Assembly (NCBI GenBank): GCA_017654855.1
Contig: CM030337.1
Location: 496,001-560,000 of the forward strand
Source: Podospora anserina
Lineage: Eukaryota
DNA length: 64,000 nucleotides
Reading direction: 5' to 3'
Part shown: in pieces, positions 60,201 through 64,000 of the stretch
Position numbering within the stretch: position 1 is the first letter of the stretch
Layout of the letters: every line of letters starts with the position of its first letter
Program-made: the position numbers and the translations under genes
Notes under the pieces: generated by a model
The model's input: only the letters and a program-made list of their open reading frames with translations
Database searches by the model: none
Told to the model about the DNA's origin: nothing

Positions 60201-63160
60201 CGTCGCTGTTTGATAATGATGACGGGGGGGTTATTAGCGACCCGCCGAATTTGAGAATCTCGAGGAATCCCGAGTGGCAGGAGGGGGATGTTTTTACGGA
60301 TGAGGGGCCGGCTTCGTACGGGACTAGCAATCCTGGGTCTGTTGGGACGAATTCTACCTATGCCACTCAGTCGTCAAGAGGGTCTTCGAGGGGTTCGGAG
60401 GCGAGGAAGACGATTGCGCCGGAGAGTGTCCTGCATTTGATTCCGGACAGGGTGGGGAATATGGTGTTGGATAGGCAACGGAATGTGTGGATCAAAAAGA
60501 GACCATCACCAACGCCGGCACCACCGCCTGTGGTTCTTCAGGGAAGGAGGTCAAGGGCTAATTCGGCGAGGTCAAACTTTCTGCCGTCGGAGGCGAGCGA
60601 GGATGATCCTTTTGCTGGGATACCAGATTTGTCGGTTGATATCACGATGGAGATGCAGAACCTGGCGCTGGCGACGGGCAGGAAGGAGAGCGGTTCGGAT
60701 ACAATGTTCAACCAAGGGTCTACGACGCCAGAGAGCCCAAAGAGGGGCCCTTCGGCGGATGTCAGTAGTCTGAGTGGTGCTAGTATTGCGACTGCCACTG
60801 CGGCCTTGAGGCTGAGCATGGGTAATGGGGAGACCCCGAGTCGCGGGCCGAGGTCGACTATCTCTCTCCAGACAAATCTTGCGAATCTCAAGACGCCGAC
60901 GAGAGGGGAGGCAAAGATTAGTTTGAGTGAGGACTTGGCTGCTCTCAAGGAGCGTAGGAGGTTGACGATCAGCTTCTCTTCGCCCATTGCAGAGGTTATC
61001 CAGGATTTGTCGGGTGGTGAGGATGAGTTTGAGTGGGAAGAATCCGGGGTTATTGAGCAGGTTGCTGAAGATATTGCCAAGGATGTTGCTCTGGATCAGC
61101 TGAAACGGGGTAGGAAAACCGTTTCTATCCAGGCGACTCCCAGGAGGCGGACGTCAAGGTCGAGAAGCACTTCGAGAGGTCCGCCGAGGCACCTTTCGTT
61201 CCGGGGCCAGACCCTTATGGCGAGGCCGGTGTCGAGGATTGATGAGCACGAGGAGGAATCTGCGCAGGCCCAGGCCCAGGGCGGTTCTAACGGTGCGTCT
61301 GGGATGGAGCTCAGCATTGTGCCGGAGAACAGCGTTGTTGCTCATGAGGGTGATGAACGGCACGGCAGTGTCAGTATTGTCGTCACTCCTGCTCGGCCGT
61401 CGACGTGTCCGATTCCCGACATGAACAATACGCCGATTATCAGCCAGTATGTCGGGACGTTTTCGCTCAGCCCCATGTCGGAGTTCACCGTTCATCGTCC
61501 GGAGGAGACGTTGCCACTCGAGGCGAGCTATGTGGTTAATGACCACCGCTTAGTGACTGGCAGCCCTTCCAAGCGCCACGTCTCGATGAGCACCCGCCAG
61601 CTGGTGGACAAGATTGCCGAGGTGGAACCGTTTGAGCCTTACTGGGAAGACATGCGCGAGCTCGAGCTGCGCGACAAGCAGCTTGACAGTTTGCACTCGC
61701 TGGACGACTTTTGTGGACAACTTGAGAGCCTGGATGTCTCCAACAATGCCATCCGGAACCTGAGCGGGATCCCGATTTCGGTGCTGCATTTGAGGATGGC
61801 CAACAATCAGCTCTCGGGGTTGACGGCATGGGGGCATTTGATGAATCTGCAATATGTTGACGTTTCGAACAATGCGTTGACGAGCTTGACGCCGCTGAGG
61901 ACGCTTGTTCACCTGCGGAGCATCAAGGCTGACAATAATCAGTTGACAAGTTTGGATGGGATCAAGTATCATCGTGGACTTCAGAGTCTTCGCGCGAGGG
62001 GGAATCAGATTGAGGAGGTTGATTTCGAAGGGGCTACCCTGTCGCAACTGACGGATCTTGATTTGAAGGGGAACAGGATCAAGACTGTCATCAACCTCGA
62101 CGCTCTCCCGGCTCTGTCGTCTCTTGATCTGGAAGGCAACCAGCTCGAGTCGTTTTCTGCTGGTTCCGACACCCCGATGCACTCCCTTCGTTATCTGTAT
62201 CTCAACAACAACCAGCTCACCTCCCTCTCCGTCGCCAGGATGCCTCACCTCCGCCTCCTCCACGCAGACAAGAACTTTCTCGTTCGCATCAGTGGGTTCT
62301 CCCGCGCGAGGAGGATTGACTCGCTGTCTCTTCGCGAGCAGCGGTCCAGCACCCCGCTCGACCTCCCCTTTTTGCTGTCTCGCGTGTATGAAGTCCGCAA
62401 GTTATTCCTCTCGGGCAACCCGCTCCACACGTTTGAGCCGCAGGTTGATTTTTTGAATCTGCAGCTCTTGGAGGTGGCGAATTGCGGGCTGGAGCGGTTG
62501 CCAAAGGATTTTGGGATGTTGATGCCGAATTTGAGGGTGTTGAACCTGAACATGAACGCGCTGAGCGAGATTAGGCCGTTGAGGTATATCCCCCGGCTGA
62601 AGAGGTTGTTTGTGAGCGGGAATCGGCTGGGGGATGCGGCCAAGCTGGTGGAGGTGCTGGGTGGGTTTAGGTGGTTGAGGGAGTGTGATGTGAGGGATAA
62701 TTTGGTAACGTTGGGGTTTTATACGCCGTTGCAGCAGCGGGATAATAATCATTTGGTGGTTGCTGTGAAGGGGGGGAAGGAGGGGGAGAAGGATGAGGGG
62801 AGGTTTGTGCTGCCGGAGCAGGATCGGCAGAGGGATAGTGAGTACAGGGGGCGGTTGGATTCGAATACGGCTATGAGGAGGAGGTTGTGGGAGTTTATGG
62901 TTTCGGAGAGGGTGCCGAGTGTGAGGAAGCTGGATGGGTTGGAGGTTGGGGGTGGGGAGAAGAAGGAGGAGGGGGATGGGGCTTGGAGGAAGTTGTTGGA
63001 AGGGGGGTTGGTTGAGGAGGGGGAGAAGCAGGGTGGTGCTGGGGAGAAGAAGAGGGAGAAGGGGAATCCGGATGGCACGTCAAGGGGAGGGAGGCTGAAG
63101 ATAGTTTTGCCTAATCTGTTTTTTTTCTTTTTCTTTTCTTTTCGATCCACTCCGAGGTGA
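57239..63160 (+). CDS. Leucine-rich-repeat spindle-pole-body scaffold, Nud1/Cdc11-like (septation initiation network); extreme C-terminus possibly frameshifted
   Basis: 1973-codon ORF with N-terminal AWLDSLSEDW, TPEWKRRL and SPLKLF..YDTFTNQTLLRR blocks, a long disordered middle, and many C-terminal LRRs (LESLDVSNNAI, LQYVDVSNNAL, LTDLDLKGNRI, LRVLNLNMNAL). Confidence 0.85.
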   Translation: MGHAWLDSLSEDWVSQPGSDASVADPHSSAPSPDAQRKAKESTTTTPSRIPRLSRKNLDNAANSNNILGERSVNHSPRRTSSKLSQELKSSNGRSTADSRSSFSSGRSNSLSTVGSVVQHKSVASVNNRRGSTPEWKRRLVYGDLSYGERADLFTSAGKGLENIFKPPTTGNASREESFEPRSSRFTLPSSPPVYQRDLLSSTVETQAEESVQELPEHPGAVGRRSQIPTTARQRRMEDSFDQSRDSENSMLPDSCTQQATTTAQTDVSNQNSLVVDSRKVSGRSDVRNEDFSPILIERRQASNGKTVFGPAELPPEELRKRLEKLRQNQRFLTGGTDEEDEADGQSDGNGKSKNGTTSTREFERQGGYINFQRGGRSAEGSFWHHRLSSGHDASEFCPEESLQASTPKQFPTVRVEPWDESAEIPVDSPQYPSAPNPSPQKAQRLLPVPPPSTASPLKLFQPYDTFTNQTLLRRLSQFQAEPSASDNSFAIAQDQNRVSRFGEGELDGYEFQDEFSHVGGADASGLEADKENRGPASPGLDEDDQDNNGSTHHRASSRPPIFGDFTSHDDESSPWEIEDDLLRISRRRRQKSATTTVNSAYSTTTTTTAATATTRRSVFSGAGELYSGGSRRYKRSKRTSFPFGGGDSRISTPRRRRDVSTTGTGGGLLSEIKRPRTSPSKDPTPKRRRTLHKSDVSYGTYDDDDSSAADSTAGVDAVQMSHQQMQEAILRHQQRREARAASQEQKQQQLSEEEEEEEEEEEEEQQEEGERMAEEVEMISKAGEELGRPRTPTPNQRSSTQQRAPLLEIDPAATRSPMRSSRNTRPGTAGGPPPTSGAQPPTNRKPSIRTEDFINEANKIMAMIRSKAGLASGLASLEESEGENAQAVMDGESSYASSKEPFSRPPSREGRPPLSRRPTKQEDPELAERLKKYEEGSEMGDVIASSVRSRDLSLEALRAAREREEMEERASQIKASYGSANAGMTRTSLFDNDDGGVISDPPNLRISRNPEWQEGDVFTDEGPASYGTSNPGSVGTNSTYATQSSRGSSRGSEARKTIAPESVLHLIPDRVGNMVLDRQRNVWIKKRPSPTPAPPPVVLQGRRSRANSARSNFLPSEASEDDPFAGIPDLSVDITMEMQNLALATGRKESGSDTMFNQGSTTPESPKRGPSADVSSLSGASIATATAALRLSMGNGETPSRGPRSTISLQTNLANLKTPTRGEAKISLSEDLAALKERRRLTISFSSPIAEVIQDLSGGEDEFEWEESGVIEQVAEDIAKDVALDQLKRGRKTVSIQATPRRRTSRSRSTSRGPPRHLSFRGQTLMARPVSRIDEHEEESAQAQAQGGSNGASGMELSIVPENSVVAHEGDERHGSVSIVVTPARPSTCPIPDMNNTPIISQYVGTFSLSPMSEFTVHRPEETLPLEASYVVNDHRLVTGSPSKRHVSMSTRQLVDKIAEVEPFEPYWEDMRELELRDKQLDSLHSLDDFCGQLESLDVSNNAIRNLSGIPISVLHLRMANNQLSGLTAWGHLMNLQYVDVSNNALTSLTPLRTLVHLRSIKADNNQLTSLDGIKYHRGLQSLRARGNQIEEVDFEGATLSQLTDLDLKGNRIKTVINLDALPALSSLDLEGNQLESFSAGSDTPMHSLRYLYLNNNQLTSLSVARMPHLRLLHADKNFLVRISGFSRARRIDSLSLREQRSSTPLDLPFLLSRVYEVRKLFLSGNPLHTFEPQVDFLNLQLLEVANCGLERLPKDFGMLMPNLRVLNLNMNALSEIRPLRYIPRLKRLFVSGNRLGDAAKLVEVLGGFRWLRECDVRDNLVTLGFYTPLQQRDNNHLVVAVKGGKEGEKDEGRFVLPEQDRQRDSEYRGRLDSNTAMRRRLWEFMVSERVPSVRKLDGLEVGGGEKKEEGDGAWRKLLEGGLVEEGEKQGGAGEKKREKGNPDGTSRGGRLKIVLPNLFFFFFFSFRSTPR
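59495..59533 (+). repeat. (GAG)13 microsatellite encoding poly-Glu
   Basis: Thirteen perfect GAG units in frame in the LRR scaffold gene. Confidence 0.95.
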
Positions 63161-64000
63161 GAAGGACAGGTGGTGGTGGTTGTTTTAATATTTTATCTTT
63201 TTGGAGTTTTTCTTTTCTCTTTCGAGGGCGGGCTGGCTGTAACTGTACAAGGAGATGATGAGGCTGTGACGGTGTTTTTGGGATTGGGTAACTTGGAAAA
63301 GGGAATGAATGATCAACAGCAAAGAGGGGACTGTAATGATGTTTATGAATGGGGTCTGTTTGTTTACACTACAACGGTGTATGTTAGCATTGGCTTTTGG
63401 GCGGGTTAAGGGGTTGTTTGGTGTTGTATGGCTGAGGATTGGGGGTCGGTGTTGGTTGGTGTTGGTTGGTGTTGATATCATAATGATTATGACTGATTTT
63501 GTGGTTTTATGCATTTCTGGAACTGTTGTGGTGATTCCTGCCTCCGGACACCTGTCTCCAGGCCCTCTCTCTGGGGAGATGTCTCCCGTGTTCATGCCTC
63601 GAGGAACAGGAGCTTCCCACGGGGACAACAGGCAAACATGAAGTACACTTGCCATTTTCGTCCCGACATTCCATGATTCTTTCCGTCTTCATGCTCAACA
63701 TGTTCCCCGCTCGGTCAAGGTATTTAACAATGGGCCGTCATCGTTTACAGAATCTCTTCCCTCAATCTTCCTATCCGCCGTGAACAGCGACCGCATTGCA
63801 CCCATTCCCATTAACTGTCCCCATCTCTACGTGTATTGTCATATTTTCTTGTCAAGTCAACCCCATCCGTACAATTCCTTCGGCTTCGCTCGGTCAAGCT
63901 TTCTGTTGACAGAGCCCCTGAGGGTCTTTAGGATCCCCACAACGGTCAACTTCTTAGCCCCAAAAAGCCAGCTACGCCTGTTGAAAGAAACCGCATCGAC

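Noticed and set aside
19838..63160. Apparent cluster of septation and SPB genes (HYM1, SFI1, Cdc26-like, Nud1/Cdc11-like)
   Set aside because: They are spread over more than 40 kb among unrelated housekeeping genes, with no evidence of a functional cluster.

Overview
Eukaryotic DNA from a filamentous ascomycete. Short GT-AG introns with CTRAY branch sites and a het-c homologue next to SCS7 and pad-1 point to Sordariales, probably the Podospora anserina complex (inference). The window is gene-dense euchromatin with 18 protein-coding loci and one tRNA-Thr(AGU). In order: a 5'-truncated fungal transcription factor, the tRNA, a ~2750-aa coiled-coil protein, a small secreted Cys protein, a PLP-binding protein (YggS/PROSC), a multi-AT-hook protein, HYM1/MO25, cytosolic IleRS, Sfi1, RPL26, a BTB-like protein, two conserved hypothetical proteins, a PDK1/Pkh kinase, a SWI/SNF-RSC subunit (Ssr3/Snf12), HET-C/hch, SCS7, PAD-1 (RBM39-like) and a Nud1/Cdc11-like LRR scaffold. 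I see no intact transposon, rRNA or CRISPR array, and no clearly new multi-gene system. The best leads are candidate 3'-UTR introns in the splicing factor pad-1 (possible NMD autoregulation), a Gln-rich in-frame extension behind the HYM1 UAG stop, and a het-c locus without a pin-c partner. Apparent C-terminal frameshifts in three genes and a 29-residue tandem repeat array in the giant coiled-coil protein also deserve a check. All exon boundaries were inferred by hand from splice motifs and reading-frame continuity; family assignments are from motif recognition, not database searches.
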